From assembly GCA_035221665.1 (NCBI GenBank), contig CM069160.1, forward strand, positions 1,302,001-1,366,000: a stretch of DNA of 64,000 nucleotides, given 5' to 3'. A program made the position numbers and the translations under genes. This document shows positions 61,201-64,000 of the stretch, in pieces. This DNA comes from Okamejei kenojei. Its lineage: Eukaryota. The notes beneath the pieces were generated by a model, which did no database searches, was not told the origin of the DNA, and saw nothing but the letters and a program-made list of their open reading frames with translations. The stretch's first letter is position 1. Every line of letters starts with the position of its first letter.

Positions 61201-64000
61201 TGCCTTTATCTACATGAGGTAATGGACTTCTGTAAGCTGTAACAATGTCCCCAGTGTGTGTAGGTTAGTGTATGCAGAGATTGCTGGTCGGCGGCAGACT
61301 CAGTGGCACTGTATCTCTAAAGTCAAGCCTCACCAATTCCAATTTCGACCCTTCCTAATCCACCACAACTTGAAGTCTTTCCTACTGGCTTCTATTTTTC
61401 CTCATAAAGCGCCGTCTGATGCCATCTTCCTAAACCTGACATACACTTCCTTTTTCTCCTGACAAGTTTACAACCTCCCTGGTCATTCCCATCGTTTCCC
61501 TCTTTCCGATACCTTATTCCGCTCTTCCTCAGTAAACCATGCTCATTCATACTTTTATCAACACCCTTTTAATTATCTTCCACTGTCATTTGTGGATTTA
61601 CCCCAATAACAACTGTCTTCCTAAACTGCTCCCAAACTGTGGGTCCTTATCTCCTGCGTAAATGACGATTTGTAAACTTCCTGCGTCAATTTAAGTCACC
61701 TTCCCCCAACATCCAGACATGCCCTATTTTAAAACAATCACTTACAACTATTATGGAGTTCTGATCACTATCCCCAAATTCTTCTTTCACTGCAACGAGC
61801 ATTCAGACAGTAGCCTCAGCCTTTCCCAATACAATGGGCCTAGTATGGCTCCTTCCTCGAGTCAAGACTATCTACAAACTATTTTTGGAAATATAGCTTG
61901 AATACCACCTAACAACGTTCTGCTGCTCCATCTTAATCCTTCTTCCCCTGATAAATCCCAGTCCAAATATTGCGGAAAAGACGATAACATCAACCACTAC
62001 AACAACCCTGTGGTTCTTACATCCTATCTGTAATTGTGTACATATGTGATCCTCCAGCTGGCTTATCAATGTACATGTAATTCGCTCTTTTCTTATTTTT
62101 ACGATCCTCATAGAAGCCTCAGTATCATACCCTATACATATTGGCCTCTTCCTGACCGACCATTGGACATTCACCTGATTAGCAAGGTCCAACCCACACT
62201 TTTACCCCCCATCCTGCATCTCATTCTTAACCATTGACAAACCAGACACTTGCTATGAGCTGCCAAGTTGTGGTCATCTCGCAACCCGACCGTGTCTGTA
62301 CTTTCACCTTTACTTACTGTTTTACTACACACACTCGATAAAAATGGTCAAAACAGATTCTCCGAGTCTATGCGACGATACATCAGTGGTCACCCTCTGT
62401 CATCCGCTACACACCACACTATCCTACAAGACTAGACATGACAATCTTATCAGAACGCTCAATTACCTACAAGACCTGTATATTCTTCTGGAGATGTGGG
62501 AGGAAACCACGGAGACTACGGAAACAATCTGCGGTCACTGGGAGAACGTACAAACTCCATACACACAGCACTCCGTTCTCTCCAGACCAGAACCCGGTCC
62601 TGCAACTCTGCACTGTGTCACCCTACATTATTTCTGTATTGGACACAGCATCATAATTCCAAGCACTAATCCAGATTCTCAAGTCACATCAGCTTTCCAA
62701 TAAGAACGCTCTGAAGTAAAACAAACGCACTTCAGCCTTCATCATTATCCCCACATTCTATGAACATCTCCCTGCCCTATCCTCAGCTTTACTTTACCTA
62801 TCATAACGTACTACTGTCCATCTAGTCCTTCCCTCCTGCTATACCTGCTGCCAGCTGAGCGCGCTCCCCCCTCCACCATTTGCCATTCTGGCGCTTAAAC
62901 CCTATCCAATAACCTCCCTGCCAGGATATTGGCGTACCCTCAGTCTCTAGGTGACACTATGTCCCGCACTTGTGTCAGGTAATCTCCACTGGCTTTCCAG
63001 GATCTCTACACACTCTATGGAAAAGTGCACAAAGTACTCTCTGGCATCTGCAGCATCACCTCTCCCCAAAGCTAGAACAAGACCCAAAGGTTGATCAGGA
63101 AGCTCCCGACCATCTCGCCTCCTCTGCATCCCATACAAACTCCTTGAGAGGCTGATCCTTCGGAGCGTATCAACCCCACTCATAGACCCTCAACTACCCA
63201 CTAGTAGGCTGTTTCCGCCAAGGTAACCATCTTAACCATATACAACAATTACAGCACGGAACAGGACCCTCATCTCGGCCCTTCCAGTCCGTGCCGACCA
63301 TTTTGTTTTCCCTAGTCCCATCTGACCTGCACTCACCCTCAAACACCATACCCCTCCAATCCTACACAGTCCATATACTCTTCCACTTTACTCTTAAATG
63401 TTACAAATCGATCCTGCCGTCCACTCACTCTCTGCTGGAAGCTGACCCCACACACCCAGCCCCGCTCTGAGTCACCGAAGTCCCCCTCACGTTACCACCG
63501 ACACACCGAGCGATAGATCCCTTAATTCTCATGTCATGCCTCTTGTGTTTGAAACTTCCCTACCCTCATGGAAAAACGTATCCACGTCAACTCTGTCTAC
63601 ATCCCTATGAGCGTCGAGCCTAGATTAAAGACCTCAATCAGTCCCACCCTCTAACGTGTCTTTCCTGCCGCTCCAAAGAATAAGACCTAACTGGGGGGGG
63701 GGAATGCTAGGGGGGGGGGGGGATGGTGTGAGGTGGGTTGTGGACTGCCATGATTCAAGCGAACCCATCTCTCTGTAACATGTTGCTGGCGACCCTGGCA
63801 ACATTCTAGTGAAATCATCCTGCTGTGTACTCACTCTCTATTAGTTGATTAGATAGACATCCCCTATAACTAGGCGACCAAAATTGTACAAACCCCCATA
63901 CTCCAGAATTGTCTTACCAATGCTTGTACAATTACTTACACATACTTCCCCTACTCCCTATACAATCAATGCTCTGAATTGTATAAAAGGCCAGCACACC

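Noticed and set aside
56523-64000. Further genes (e.g. class II beta) after the gap
   Set aside because: Only noisy CR1, SINE and MITE remnants are recognisable; sequence quality is too low to exclude small exons.

Overview
Vertebrate genomic DNA from a cartilaginous fish (probably a skate or ray, judged from the SINE/CR1 families and the close resemblance to shark MHC proteins). The only host gene is an MHC class II alpha-chain gene on the + strand. Exon 2 (alpha1) is at 157-412 and carries about 5 small indels, exon 3 (alpha2 Ig-C1) at 17828-18109, exon 4 (CP/TM/cytoplasmic, stop) at 26465-26612, and a probable 3'UTR exon at 45375-~45515; exon 1 lies upstream of the window. The introns (17.4, 8.4 and 18.8 kb) are filled with nested mobile DNA: a Gypsy LTR element, a non-autonomous Helitron with a complete DIRS1-type tyrosine-recombinase retrotransposon inside it, Penelope/RTE/Rex/CR1 LINE pieces, SINEs, hAT- and Harbinger-type elements, and a 5'-truncated endogenous retrovirus with an ERV3/HERV-R-like env. 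The main unusual observations are (i) an apparently part-spliced carbonic anhydrase (CA4/15-like) fragment fused to a CR1 3' end and inserted in intron 2, and (ii) a motif-dense CpG-island promoter-like block right after exon 2. Downstream of the gene are a ~6 kb 23-24 bp minisatellite, an indel-rich duplicate of 41.3-44.2 kb, a ~500 N gap and low-quality repeat sequence. Many frameshifts here may be assembly errors. Homology calls come from recalled motifs, not database searches.
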